Translations under genes and position numbers: made by a program
Virus record (IMG/VR): IMGVR_UViG_3300034994_000033
Span: 1-53,374 of that record
Source of the DNA: a virus
Lineage: Duplodnaviria > Caudoviricetes
Reading direction: 5' to 3' (one strand)
Length of the DNA stretch: 53,374 nucleotides
Notes under the pieces: model-generated
Database searches by the model: none
Told to the model about the DNA's origin: nothing
Seen by the model: the letters and a program-made list of their open reading frames with translations, nothing else
Shown here: positions 6,945-16,881 of the stretch, piece after piece
Layout of the letters: every line of letters starts with the position of its first letter
Numbering within the stretch: the first letter of the stretch is position 1

Positions 6945-8535
6945 ACATATTGCGGAACTTCAAGAAGCGTCGTTCTTTGAAATTGCGGATCTTTGGGCAG
7001 CTATCATCCACGAGCATGGTGATGCCGGTAAAGCCGAACTAGGTCAGGTAGATCGCTTCTATCTGCTGACTAATTTGTTGCACCGCCCTGATGCTTTTCA
7101 TCCTTGGCTGTATAAACGCTGCCGCGAGGTTGAAGCGGCCCCGGATGGTTTTCTGGATCTGTGGGCACGTGAACATTACAAGTCCACGATAATCACGTTT
7201 GCCGGAATTATTCAAGAGATCATCAAGGATAAGGAAATAACCGTCGGACTGTTGTCGCACTCAATGAAGCCGGCCAAGAAGTTCCTACAGATGATCAAGA
7301 CCGAGTTGGAAATCAACGAAGAACTTAAATCGTTGTACCCTGGCGTGTTTTGGCAGAATCCGGAACGCGATGCGCCTGCAGCTGGTAGACAGTGGAACTC
7401 TTTCAGGTTGGATGTGAACCGTGATAACAACCCGCGAGAGGGAACGTTGGAGTGTTCCGGGCTGGTCGATGGCCAGCCGACCGGTTCTCATTTTAGACTG
7501 CGAGTATATGACGATGTTGTTACTCGTGAAAGCGTTACCAGTTCGGAAATGATTGATAAGACCACAAGCGCCTGGGAGTTGTCTGATAACCTTGGCGCCC
7601 GGGGTGAGGATGGAAGGAGCAGAACTTGGCATATAGGCACTCGCTATCATTTTGCTGATACTTATCATCATATTCTGGAAAAGAAGTTGCTTAAGCCCCG
7701 TTTACATCCGGCTACTGATAATGGCCGGATAGATGGAAAGTCGGTTTTTCTGCCGCCGGAAGTGCTCAAAGACAAGATCATCCGGCAGGGTACGAACTTT
7801 CCGGCGCAGATGTTACAGAATCCGGCTGCCGGCAAGAATGCGACGTTTCAGAAGGATTGGCTCAAGTTTACCGATATCAGGCCCGGAACTATCAATGTGT
7901 ATATCATGGGAGATCCGGCCAGCAGCAAGAAGAAGGGGAGCGATAGTACTGCTATTCCGGTGATTGCAGTTGATGCTGCCCGTAACAAGTATTTGATTGA
8001 TGGCATGTGCCACAAGATGAATCTACGGGAACGGTGGTTGGCAATACGTGATTTGCGTCGCAAGTGGCGGAGTCAGCCGGGGGTGCAAACCGTCGAAGTT
8101 GGTTATGAGAAGTATGGTATGCAGTCGGATCTGGATTATTTTCAGGAGCAGATGGAGGCCGACCAGGATGTTTTTGATATCAAGGAACTGAACTGGACCC
8201 GCGACGGTACGACCAGTAAAGAGGATAGAGTGCAACGCCTGGTGCCGGACTTCCTGAAAGGGCAGTTTTATTTGACGGCGGTAACTCCCTCGGAAACATC
8301 GAATCAAAAGAGGGTGAGAGAAGATGGGCAGCCGTACCGTATTTTGCAGCCGGTTAAGCGCAAAGATCATGAGGGGAATTTGTATTCACTCAACAAGCAG
8401 TTTTTGGATGAATTTCTGTTTTTCCCGTTTGCTGTGCATGATGATTTGATAGATGGTTGTAGCAGGTTATACGACATGGACTATAAGCCGCCGATCATTT
8501 ATGACGAGCAGATGCTGGAACCGGAGGTGGAATGA
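6925..8535 (+). CDS. terL: Terminase large subunit
   Basis: REHYKST Walker A variant, VYDDVV Walker B, GTRY, GDPA..DS and HDDLID nuclease motifs. Confidence 0.92.
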   Translation: MPVLSPEHIAELQEASFFEIADLWAAIIHEHGDAGKAELGQVDRFYLLTNLLHRPDAFHPWLYKRCREVEAAPDGFLDLWAREHYKSTIITFAGIIQEIIKDKEITVGLLSHSMKPAKKFLQMIKTELEINEELKSLYPGVFWQNPERDAPAAGRQWNSFRLDVNRDNNPREGTLECSGLVDGQPTGSHFRLRVYDDVVTRESVTSSEMIDKTTSAWELSDNLGARGEDGRSRTWHIGTRYHFADTYHHILEKKLLKPRLHPATDNGRIDGKSVFLPPEVLKDKIIRQGTNFPAQMLQNPAAGKNATFQKDWLKFTDIRPGTINVYIMGDPASSKKKGSDSTAIPVIAVDAARNKYLIDGMCHKMNLRERWLAIRDLRRKWRSQPGVQTVEVGYEKYGMQSDLDYFQEQMEADQDVFDIKELNWTRDGTTSKEDRVQRLVPDFLKGQFYLTAVTPSETSNQKRVREDGQPYRILQPVKRKDHEGNLYSLNKQFLDEFLFFPFAVHDDLIDGCSRLYDMDYKPPIIYDEQMLEPEVE

Positions 8536-8672
8536 TGGCAAGCGAGGATAAGGTGAATTCAAGTTCTATCCTGTTTTCGCAGGTGGTGAAGGGGATGGAT
8601 ACCAGCGAAGAGGAAAAGCCGACTTACGAATTCAGTAATGGCCGTAAGTTTGTGGAGCCTAAACCGGTATGA
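8535..8672 (+). CDS. Small hypothetical protein (45 aa)
   Basis: TGATG overlap with the terL stop, GGAGGTG upstream; translated by hand as MASEDKVNSS...EPKPV. Confidence 0.55.
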   Translation: MASEDKVNSSSILFSQVVKGMDTSEEEKPTYEFSNGRKFVEPKPV

Positions 8673-8806
8673 CGGATAGCGGCAATTACGAATATGACCG
8701 TCTACCTGAGTCGATCAAGGCTGTATATTCCCTGAAAGAATGGCTGTGGCTGTCTGCCAGGGAAAAACAAACGTTGGAGCAGCGCGAAACTGAACCGGAG
8801 TGTTGA
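8669..8806 (+). CDS. Small hypothetical protein (45 aa)
   Basis: ATGA overlap; MTDSGNYEYDRLPESIKAVYSLKEWLWL... Confidence 0.55.
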   Translation: MTDSGNYEYDRLPESIKAVYSLKEWLWLSAREKQTLEQRETEPEC

Positions 8807-8808
8807 CG

Positions 8809-9186
8809 ATGAATATTATTTGCAGAGACGATGCACCGACGTTTGACCGCGAGGTAGAGCCGCTTGTTATTGTTGATCCGCTGGATCAGGCGATATGCGA
8901 GCAAGTTGCCTGCACGCTGCTGCGGCATTACGGCGGCTATGACTGGCTGGTTGAGGCGGATTATCGCAAGGGTTTTATCGATATTCGCAACGTGTCGCTG
9001 GATGGCCAGATGGGGTGCAGGATTCCGATGAACGGCTATGCATCGTCCTCGGAGCTGGACAAGATTGCCATGCGTTATGGTGGCGAAATCCTGGAGCGGT
9101 TCGGTTTGGTACGCGGGGCAAAACGGGTGGACGATGTTGAGAATTTGACTCAAGACTTTGCCGGCAGGCTGGAGTACGACAAATGA
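8809..9186 (+). CDS. Hypothetical protein upstream of portal
   Basis: GGAG RBS; ATGA overlap with the portal gene. Confidence 0.7.
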   Translation: MNIICRDDAPTFDREVEPLVIVDPLDQAICEQVACTLLRHYGGYDWLVEADYRKGFIDIRNVSLDGQMGCRIPMNGYASSSELDKIAMRYGGEILERFGLVRGAKRVDDVENLTQDFAGRLEYDK

Positions 9187-11312
9187 GCGAAGAATCTACA
9201 AATGACGCCTTTTGGGTGGAACGTGCGCGTGATGCCGAGTCGTCCTCAAGTTCGTTCTTTGATACTAACGTCCGGAACAGGATCATTCAGGATGTGCGGC
9301 AATTTCAAAGCGAACATCCGGAAGGGTCAAAGTATTTTACTGATGCCTATCGGTTGAAGTCACGACTATTCCGGCCAAAGACGCGCACGGCGATCAGAAA
9401 AAACGAGGCGATTGGCGCGGCGGCCTATTTCTCCACAGAGGATGTGACCAGTGTCCGGGCGGTGGATGATAATGATCCGTTATCACAAGCCGGCGCGGCG
9501 TTCCATAAGTCGCTGCTGCAGTATCGCCTGACACGCCCCTACCCTCACGGTATGCCGTGGTTTTTGACGTGCATGGGCGCATATCAGGAGGCCCAGGCGG
9601 TTGGAGTTGTCGGCTCATATCAGTTTTGGAATATCAATGAGCTCAAGAAGCTGGACCGGCCTGATATTTTTCTGCTGCCGATTGAGAATTATCGTTTTGA
9701 CCCTGCGGCCGACTGGCGGGATGTGGTTAATTCCAGCCCGTATTTCATTATCAGGTGGCCGATGTATGTCAAGGATGTGCTGGCACGGATGAAGCCGGCG
9801 GCTGATGGCAAAGCCAAGTGGCGCTCATATTCCAAGGTTGAGGTGTTGGCCGGCGGAAAAAGCAATTACGACACGATCCGGCTGACGCGCGAGGGCAAGG
9901 GCACCGATTCCAAGGCCGCGAATACCGGTGATTCCGATTATACGATTGTCTGGGTGCATGAAAATTTTATCGAGGTCGAAGGCCACGACGTAACGTACTA
10001 CACGCTGGGAACCGAAAAACTGTTATCAGATCCGGTGCTGGTGGAAGAAAAACATCCGCAAGGGCGTCCGGTAGCGGTGGGCTTCACCATTCTGGAAGCT
10101 CACAAGGTGTATCCGTCAAGCGAACCATCATTGACCAGGGATATCCAGAGCGAAATAAATGAAGTAGCAAATATGCGGATCGACAATGTGAAGCACATGA
10201 TGAACAAGCGCTATTTTGTCAAGCGCGGCAAGAATGTTGATCTGCGGTCGCTGGTCCGCAACATTCAGAGCTCCGTAACGCTGATGGATGATCCTAACGC
10301 GGACGTGAGAGTTATTACCACCGATGATGCTACGTCATCATCGTATCAGGAGCAGGACCGGCTTAATCTGGATTTTGACGATATATCGGGTTCGTTCTCC
10401 GGATCGTCGGTGGCGTCAAACCGAAAGCTGAATGAAACCGTGGGAGGAATGAACCTGCTCTCCAATTCAGCCAACATGGTTTCCGAATATCAGCTGCGGA
10501 CATTCACGGAAAGCTGGGTGGAGAAGGTGTTGCGGCAGTTTATCGTACTGAACCAGTTTTACGAGACAAATGAACTGGTGTTGAAGATGGCGGGCCGGGA
10601 TGCCGCTATCAGTGATCACGGTTTTGAAGAGGTTACGGACGATATGATCATGCAGGATGTGATGCTGTCGGTTAATGTCGGCACCGGATCAACCAATCCG
10701 CAAACACAGGCCGACCGTTTTGGTTTTGCCATGGATATGGCTGCCAAGCTTGTAGGTCCGGAAAAGCTCAACCAGATGCTTAATCAGGATGAGGTTTTGA
10801 AAGAGGTCTTTGGCAAGTGCGGTTATAAGGATGGTTCCCGCTTCTTCAAGAAGGATGACGGCCAGGAGCAGGAAGATCCACGTATCGCTCAATTGTCGCA
10901 GGCTGTTCTGGAGCTGCAGGCCGCGCTGAAAGCCAAGAATCCTCCGGAGGTTGTTGCGGCTCAGGTAGCCAAACTGAATTCGGAGAAGGATCTGAACGAA
11001 GTACGGTCTATGGTGCAAAGGGTTGAGGCGCTTTTTGCCGCCATGAATACGGCGCAAACAGCAGTGCAGGTGCCGGGTATTACTCCGGTGGCCGATGCCA
11101 TCGCCAAGAGTGCAGGTTTTGTGGATATGGATGCCGCGCCAATTTATCCCCAAAATATTCAGCAGCAGGAGATCCCGGAAGGTGCGCATATCCCGCAGAA
11201 TACTTCACCCATGTTTCCGGCTAAAGCGGCTACGGGGATGATGTCAGGGGTTGAAAGCGGAGTAGGTCCTGCCAATGCTGTTCAGTATGATAATGAACAA
11301 GGTGAAATTTAA
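9183..11312 (+). CDS. Portal protein
   Basis: 709 aa after TerL; YRFDPAA, DIQSEINEVANMRIDN, ETVGGMNLL motifs of podoviral portals. Confidence 0.9.
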   Translation: MSEESTNDAFWVERARDAESSSSSFFDTNVRNRIIQDVRQFQSEHPEGSKYFTDAYRLKSRLFRPKTRTAIRKNEAIGAAAYFSTEDVTSVRAVDDNDPLSQAGAAFHKSLLQYRLTRPYPHGMPWFLTCMGAYQEAQAVGVVGSYQFWNINELKKLDRPDIFLLPIENYRFDPAADWRDVVNSSPYFIIRWPMYVKDVLARMKPAADGKAKWRSYSKVEVLAGGKSNYDTIRLTREGKGTDSKAANTGDSDYTIVWVHENFIEVEGHDVTYYTLGTEKLLSDPVLVEEKHPQGRPVAVGFTILEAHKVYPSSEPSLTRDIQSEINEVANMRIDNVKHMMNKRYFVKRGKNVDLRSLVRNIQSSVTLMDDPNADVRVITTDDATSSSYQEQDRLNLDFDDISGSFSGSSVASNRKLNETVGGMNLLSNSANMVSEYQLRTFTESWVEKVLRQFIVLNQFYETNELVLKMAGRDAAISDHGFEEVTDDMIMQDVMLSVNVGTGSTNPQTQADRFGFAMDMAAKLVGPEKLNQMLNQDEVLKEVFGKCGYKDGSRFFKKDDGQEQEDPRIAQLSQAVLELQAALKAKNPPEVVAAQVAKLNSEKDLNEVRSMVQRVEALFAAMNTAQTAVQVPGITPVADAIAKSAGFVDMDAAPIYPQNIQQQEIPEGAHIPQNTSPMFPAKAATGMMSGVESGVGPANAVQYDNEQGEI

Positions 11313-11596
11313 TGAATAGTGATGATACCACTCGCGAGTATATGGAGCAGGTCAAGTTCGGTATTGAGGTCGAATCGTTTTTATCCGGGAAGGTCGGTTC
11401 TTATTTGATCGACCGTGCGCACAGGGAAATTGATGAGGCTGTTGAAGAGTTGAAGAGAGTTGATGCGACCGATGCGTCACTTGTTCAGCATATCCAAAAC
11501 AGAATATGGCGTGCTGAAAGTATTGATAAATGGTTAGCGGAGAAGGTCCAAGAAGGCTGGAACGCAGAAGAACATCTTAGAAGCCAGGAGGTTTAG
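11312..11596 (+). CDS. Small helical head-module protein
   Basis: Between portal and scaffold; TAATG overlap. Confidence 0.7.
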   Translation: MNSDDTTREYMEQVKFGIEVESFLSGKVGSYLIDRAHREIDEAVEELKRVDATDASLVQHIQNRIWRAESIDKWLAEKVQEGWNAEEHLRSQEV

Positions 11597-11599
11597 CGA

Positions 11600-12523
11600 A
11601 TGGAGAATGAAACAGGCACCATCCAGCAGGACGTGTCAAGTGACGGCAGTACACAGGATCAGCAGCGCCCATTGACAGCTCGGGAACTTATGTTTGAGCA
11701 GATCGGCAACAAGATCGATGAGGAGCGGCAGGGGCAAGAGGTGGAAGGGGGCACCATCGAGACTACGGACCAAGCCGGAAAGCAGGTTGTTGATGATCTG
11801 CAAATGCTGGTCCGCGTCAAGATAAATGGCAAAGAGGAGGAAAGGCCGCTTGCCGAGGTGTTGACCGGTTACCAGAAGAATGAAGCAGCTTCAGAACGGC
11901 TGCGGTTGGCGGCAGCGAAGGAAAAAGACCTGGCCGGCAGGGAAAAGGCGTTGAATGACCAGATTCAGCTACAGGGCCAGTTATCCACTGAAGCGGACAC
12001 TGGCGATGATGACGATCTGGACCAGGCGCTTAATGCCATTGTCGAAGGCAATACGGATGCAGCCAAACAGGCGCTACGGAATGCAATCAATAAGGGGCGT
12101 GCACCTGTTACTACCCCCCAAGCGATTGACGAGGACGCGCTGGCGCAACGTATAGAGCAGAAGCAGGAGGTTAAAAAAGACTGGGATACTTTCCTGAAGG
12201 CTAACCCGGAGTTTGCTGATGACAAATCCAAGGAACGGCAATACGGAGATTATCTCTTCAATACAAAGTATGCCCCGCTTATTGAAGCCGGAGAGATCAG
12301 CTACCACCAGGCGCTGCTTGATACCGCCAATGAAGTGAAAAGTACTTTGACCCAACCTGCGGCAACAAAGACTCCACGCGAGATCAAGCTGGAGCGAAAG
12401 CAATCGATAGATAGCCTGCCGATTGCAGCCGGAGCACGGCAAACCGGAGCGGCTGCCGAACAGGAAGAGACGCACGGCGACATAATCACTCAAATGCGTA
12501 AAGGACGTAATTTACCAGTCTAA
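11600..12523 (+). CDS. Capsid scaffolding protein
   Basis: Acidic coiled-coil, VKINGKEEE..L.EV..GYQK motif, directly before MCP. Confidence 0.8.
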   Translation: MENETGTIQQDVSSDGSTQDQQRPLTARELMFEQIGNKIDEERQGQEVEGGTIETTDQAGKQVVDDLQMLVRVKINGKEEERPLAEVLTGYQKNEAASERLRLAAAKEKDLAGREKALNDQIQLQGQLSTEADTGDDDDLDQALNAIVEGNTDAAKQALRNAINKGRAPVTTPQAIDEDALAQRIEQKQEVKKDWDTFLKANPEFADDKSKERQYGDYLFNTKYAPLIEAGEISYHQALLDTANEVKSTLTQPAATKTPREIKLERKQSIDSLPIAAGARQTGAAAEQEETHGDIITQMRKGRNLPV

Positions 12524-12566
12524 TACGCACAACCATTGCGGGATAACAACCCGCCGGAGGTGCATC

Positions 12567-13508
12567 ATGGCAGGACAGGTTTGGGTAACTAACACGGTTG
12601 GCGGCTATTTATCAGCCAAGAACCTCTCCAAGGAACTGCGCAACGTGGTTCAGCCAATGGTTAAGTTCCGCCAGTTCGCTGATATCAAGGACGCAGTTGG
12701 CAAAAACAAGGGGCAGTTGTTCACCTGGGACGTTTTCTCTGATGTTGCTACTCAGGGTACGACACTGGTTGAAACCAACACCATGCCTGAAACAAACTTC
12801 GTCATCACTCAGGGTACGATGACGATTCAGGAATACGGCAACTCTGTGCCTTATTCCGGCGTTCTTGATGATCTTTCCGAGATCCCGGTAAAAGAGATCG
12901 TCAACAAGGCGATGAAGAATGATGCCAAGAAGGCGTTCGACTTCGGTGCCCATGCTGCATTCAATGCGACGCTGTTGAGGGTGGCCCCTACCGGCGGTAC
13001 CGATACCGCTTCAATCGTGTTGACCACCAACGGCACGGCGACGGCGACCAATAACGTGGCATTCAACAAAAACCACGCCAAGGCGCTGGTAGATGTCATG
13101 AAAGAGCGCAATATCAACCCCTATGTCGGGGATGATTACATGGCGCTGGCCTGGCCGACTACCCTGCGGACCCTCAAGAACGATCTGGAGGCCGTCCATC
13201 AGTATACCGACGCCGGTTTCCAGATGATCATGAATGGCGAGATTGGCCGCTACGAGAACACCCGTTATGTCGAGCAGACCAACGTGGTCAAGGACACCAA
13301 CTGGGGTCAGGCTAAGTCCGGGTGGATTTATTTCTTTGGTGAAGATGCCGTTTCCGAAGGTGTGGCGAATCCTGAAGAGGTTCGCGGCAAGATCCCTGGG
13401 GATTACGGTCGCAGTAAAGGTGTTGCCTGGTACTACCTGGGCGGTTTCGCCAAGAACCGTTTGACTGCGGTTGATGAGCGAATCGTCAAGTGGGATTCGG
13501 CGGCATAG
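12567..13508 (+). CDS. Major capsid protein
   Basis: GGAGG RBS; EYGNSV, NGEIGRYENTRYVE, GVAWYYLGG motifs; followed by a terminator. Confidence 0.9.
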   Translation: MAGQVWVTNTVGGYLSAKNLSKELRNVVQPMVKFRQFADIKDAVGKNKGQLFTWDVFSDVATQGTTLVETNTMPETNFVITQGTMTIQEYGNSVPYSGVLDDLSEIPVKEIVNKAMKNDAKKAFDFGAHAAFNATLLRVAPTGGTDTASIVLTTNGTATATNNVAFNKNHAKALVDVMKERNINPYVGDDYMALAWPTTLRTLKNDLEAVHQYTDAGFQMIMNGEIGRYENTRYVEQTNVVKDTNWGQAKSGWIYFFGEDAVSEGVANPEEVRGKIPGDYGRSKGVAWYYLGGFAKNRLTAVDERIVKWDSAA

Positions 13509-13513
13509 TCCGA

Positions 13514-13543
13514 TGGGGAGGGTTTGCGCCCTCCCCAATTTTT
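13514..13543 (+). terminator. Rho-independent terminator after MCP
   Basis: TGGGGAGGG-TTTGCG-CCCTCCCCA followed by ATTTTT. Confidence 0.85.
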
Positions 13544-13561
13544 CTAAACAAGGGGATGATC

Positions 13562-13741
13562 ATGGATAAAAAAATGTGTGACCATAAGATGGATATGCCT
13601 AACGGCGAAGTAAGTGGCAAGGATCTGCCGGACAAAGGATTTAAGACTGGCGTTACCGATACATATGGTGTTGGCGGGGATGATTTGAACCGTGGCTATA
13701 CAGGCGGCGATAAGATTGTCAAGGACACCAAAAGCAACTGA
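13562..13741 (+). CDS. Small hypothetical protein
   Basis: AGGGG RBS; 3' part of track ORF 13490..13741. Confidence 0.55.
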   Translation: MDKKMCDHKMDMPNGEVSGKDLPDKGFKTGVTDTYGVGGDDLNRGYTGGDKIVKDTKSN

Positions 13742-13772
13742 AATAACAACCATTTTAACATGAGGTAATAAC

Positions 13773-14213
13773 ATGACACAGAAACTGAGAAAGCTGGATA
13801 AAAAAAGACCTTTTGCGGAAATCTACGGCTCACATGCTGCCCGCTATGAGCAGTTTGGTATTCAATTCGATGCCGAGGGCGTTGAGCTGGAAGGTTTTCA
13901 GGATGTTGTTGTTCCGGCTGAAATCCCGGTAATTACCGCGGAAACAAGCGAACCGGCGTTGCGGGACGAAATTGCCCGTCTGGCTGATGAGTTGAGCAGG
14001 GTTTCCGCTGAACTGGAAGAGAAGGATGCCGAGATTGAGGAAATCCAGGGCAAGCTTGATACCGCTCAGGTTGAAATCACGCGGCTTACGGCGGCTTTGC
14101 CTGATGCTGCCCCTGTGAAAACCGGGAAAAATGCAAAAGGGAATACAGCTACCACAGATTCACAGCTTGACTCACTACTTGATGCGCAGTTGACAGCACA
14201 AGGTGCGCTCTGA
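13773..14213 (+). CDS. Hypothetical coiled-coil protein
   Basis: GAGGT RBS; acidic heptad region. Confidence 0.7.
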   Translation: MTQKLRKLDKKRPFAEIYGSHAARYEQFGIQFDAEGVELEGFQDVVVPAEIPVITAETSEPALRDEIARLADELSRVSAELEEKDAEIEEIQGKLDTAQVEITRLTAALPDAAPVKTGKNAKGNTATTDSQLDSLLDAQLTAQGAL

Positions 14214-14749
14214 TGGCAGAAGAGCAGGAATGCATAAACAGCCTGATAAGCATGGACAATATTAAGGTGATGTTGAACGTGGCCAGTGTTACTCCTCCGG
14301 GCAAGTTCGTTGAAATCGGCGTGTATCAGGGTGGTTCGGCGTATGTCCTGGATTATCTGGCTAAGGTTGACAGCCGTGAACTTCATCTGTTCGACACCTT
14401 TTGCGGTATGCCGGTGAAGAGCGACGTTGACCGGCACGAGATTGGCGATTTTGCCGATACGAATGCAGAGCGGGTCAAGCAGATAATTCCGGATGCATTT
14501 TTTCATATTGGCATGTTCCCTGACACGCTGCCGCACGATCTTAGGGGCATCGCTTTTGCGCATGTTGACTGTGATCAATACGAGAGCGTCAAGGCGGCAT
14601 GTATGCATTTACCGAGGCGTATGGTGCGTGGCGGCATTATTTATTTCGATGATTATGGTTGCCTGGCTGGAGCTACTCAGGCGGTGGACGAGGTATTACC
14701 AAAACGAATTGTACTCCAGAACGGAAAGGCGATGTATGTGGTCCATTAA
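14213..14749 (+). CDS. TylF/MycF-family sugar O-methyltransferase
   Basis: VEIGVYQGGSA, LFDTFCGMP, AHVDCDQYES, IYFDDYG motifs. Confidence 0.85.
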   Translation: MAEEQECINSLISMDNIKVMLNVASVTPPGKFVEIGVYQGGSAYVLDYLAKVDSRELHLFDTFCGMPVKSDVDRHEIGDFADTNAERVKQIIPDAFFHIGMFPDTLPHDLRGIAFAHVDCDQYESVKAACMHLPRRMVRGGIIYFDDYGCLAGATQAVDEVLPKRIVLQNGKAMYVVH

Positions 14750-16280
14750 CGGCCCCCAAGGCTTTGAAAGTAGAAAAATAAAACATCTATTGCCTAAGTA
14801 CACCCGTGGCCGGGTGCTGGAAATCGGTTGTGGCATGGAGAAGGCGTTCCCGCACTTCATTGGCTATGATTCGGGCCATCACTTTGGCCAGGGGGCAGCG
14901 GATGTTGTGGGATCGGCTGACAAGTTGACTCTGTTTGCTGATGAATCCTTTGATGCCGTCTTTTCGTCTCATGTTCTGGAACACATGGAGGATATGCAGG
15001 CGGCTCTGGATGAGTGGGCCCGGGTGATCAAGCCGGGTGGCTATCTCTGTCTGTATGTGCCGTCGGCGAATCTATATCCGAAGTGCGGTGAGGAAGGGGC
15101 AAACCCGGATCATAAACACGATATCTATCCTTACGATATCCCCAAAATGCTCAATAACATGGATTGTAATTGGCTGATGGTTGAGCAGGATGAGCGCGGC
15201 TACGGAAACGAATACAGCCTGTTTGAGATTTATCAAAAAAATGCAGGGCCAACGGGGCTGCTGGCAACAAGCGTAAAAAACACTTTTGATAAACCTATAA
15301 AAACAGCTTGTTGCGTAAGGTACGGCGGATTTGGCGACATGATACAGACAGCGCTGCTGTTCCCGCGGCTAAAAGAACTGGGCTACCACGTCACAGTAAT
15401 GACGACTCCAAAAGGGCAGGACGTTCTGCGACACGATCCGAACATTGATGACTGGTACATTCAAGATAACGATCAGGTGCCTAATCATGAACTGCATGAA
15501 TTCTGGCGCGTGCAGGCCACCCGCTTCGACAAGTTCGTCAATCTCTCGGAGTCGATAGAGGGGCATCTGCTGGCGCTGCCTGGCCGGCCTAATCATTCAT
15601 GGCCGCTGGAAGTACGCAAGAAGCGGATGAATACTAATTATCATGAGTGGACGGCGGAGCTTGCCGGAGTACCGTTCAAGCCATGTAAGCTGTTTTATGC
15701 GACCGATGATGAGCGGATTGCGGCCTTGACCAGGCTTGTCCAGTTCGAGGAGAAAACCTTCAACATCGTCTGGGCTCTGTCCGGCTCTTCGGCGCACAAG
15801 TTCACCCCGCATCAGGACGCCGTGATTGCCCGTATATTACTCGATATGCCGGAAGCACGGATATTCATGGTGGGTGATTTCGCCTGTAAGATCCTTGAGC
15901 AAGGGTGGGAGGATGAAGAGCGGGTTATCTGTCTATCGGATCAGCTGACGATACGCGAAACGCTGGCTCTGGCAGAGAGGTCCAATCTGGTTATCGGCCC
16001 GGAAACCGGCGTGCTTAACGCGGTTGGTTTCAGCGAGACACCGCACAAGGTGTTGCTGTTATCGCATTCATCGGCCAACAACCTCTCGAAGTATTGGCAG
16101 AATGTTCAGGCGCTTATTCCGGTGGATTGCGATTGTCACCCATGCCACCGTCTCCACTACGGTACGGAGTACTGCACTATCGTCGAAGAGACAGGCGCTG
16201 CACTCTGCGCTCAGAACATCTCTCCAGCCGTAATCTACGCCGCCGTGGAGAAGGTGTATAAAAACTGGAGGAAAAGATGA
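14736..16280 (+). CDS. Class I SAM methyltransferase fused to a GT9 (heptosyltransferase-like) glycosyltransferase
   Basis: VLEIGCG..FDAVFSSHVLEH..IKPGGYL, then RYGGFGDMI, DPNID, LVIGPETGVLNAVG, CHPCH..C. Start reassigned to ATG 14736. Confidence 0.85.
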   Translation: MWSINGPQGFESRKIKHLLPKYTRGRVLEIGCGMEKAFPHFIGYDSGHHFGQGAADVVGSADKLTLFADESFDAVFSSHVLEHMEDMQAALDEWARVIKPGGYLCLYVPSANLYPKCGEEGANPDHKHDIYPYDIPKMLNNMDCNWLMVEQDERGYGNEYSLFEIYQKNAGPTGLLATSVKNTFDKPIKTACCVRYGGFGDMIQTALLFPRLKELGYHVTVMTTPKGQDVLRHDPNIDDWYIQDNDQVPNHELHEFWRVQATRFDKFVNLSESIEGHLLALPGRPNHSWPLEVRKKRMNTNYHEWTAELAGVPFKPCKLFYATDDERIAALTRLVQFEEKTFNIVWALSGSSAHKFTPHQDAVIARILLDMPEARIFMVGDFACKILEQGWEDEERVICLSDQLTIRETLALAERSNLVIGPETGVLNAVGFSETPHKVLLLSHSSANNLSKYWQNVQALIPVDCDCHPCHRLHYGTEYCTIVEETGAALCAQNISPAVIYAAVEKVYKNWRKR

Positions 16281-16876
16281 CCGTGATCGAGTTGATGGGG
16301 ATTGTTCTGCCGCGAGTAACCGGTACACCGACATGCACCCTGTTCGAAGCCCTGCGGGAGTTGCTGGCGATTATCAGCAATCGCCTGTTGCTGGCACGGT
16401 CGGATCTGCTGCGGGAGGAGCTTTCGGTTAATTTTTCATCGACAAGAGCCAACGTTACCCTGTATCCGGAGTTTCAGTCGATGTCGGAGCGACCGTACGT
16501 AGTCGGCAAACGGCCGCTCAATCCGCTGGGTCGCATGGACAAGTCCAGCCTGCAGACTCCCGGCGAGCCGAAGTATTACGATATGGTCGGTAAAACCTTA
16601 TGGTTGTACCCGCCGCCGGATGCGAATGTAACGGTGAAGATCCCGGCCTTCGTCCGCCCGGTTACTCTGACTGAAATGGACGAAGATCTGCCGTTCTTCG
16701 GGGATCTTGATACGGTGTTTGTCGAGGGGTGTGTCGGTCTGCTGTCGTTAGGACTGGGTGCGGTTGCCGATCCGAACTTTATCGGGCTGTTGCAAAACAA
16801 GATCGACCAGCTGCTGGCGGCAAGGAATATAGCCGATGAGCAGACTCAGGCCGATGCAATCAACTACGGGGAGTAG
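16277..16876 (+). CDS. Head-tail adaptor-like protein
   Basis: GEPKYY...LWLYPPPD motif; position. Confidence 0.7.
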   Translation: MTVIELMGIVLPRVTGTPTCTLFEALRELLAIISNRLLLARSDLLREELSVNFSSTRANVTLYPEFQSMSERPYVVGKRPLNPLGRMDKSSLQTPGEPKYYDMVGKTLWLYPPPDANVTVKIPAFVRPVTLTEMDEDLPFFGDLDTVFVEGCVGLLSLGLGAVADPNFIGLLQNKIDQLLAARNIADEQTQADAINYGE

Positions 16877-16881
16877 CAATC

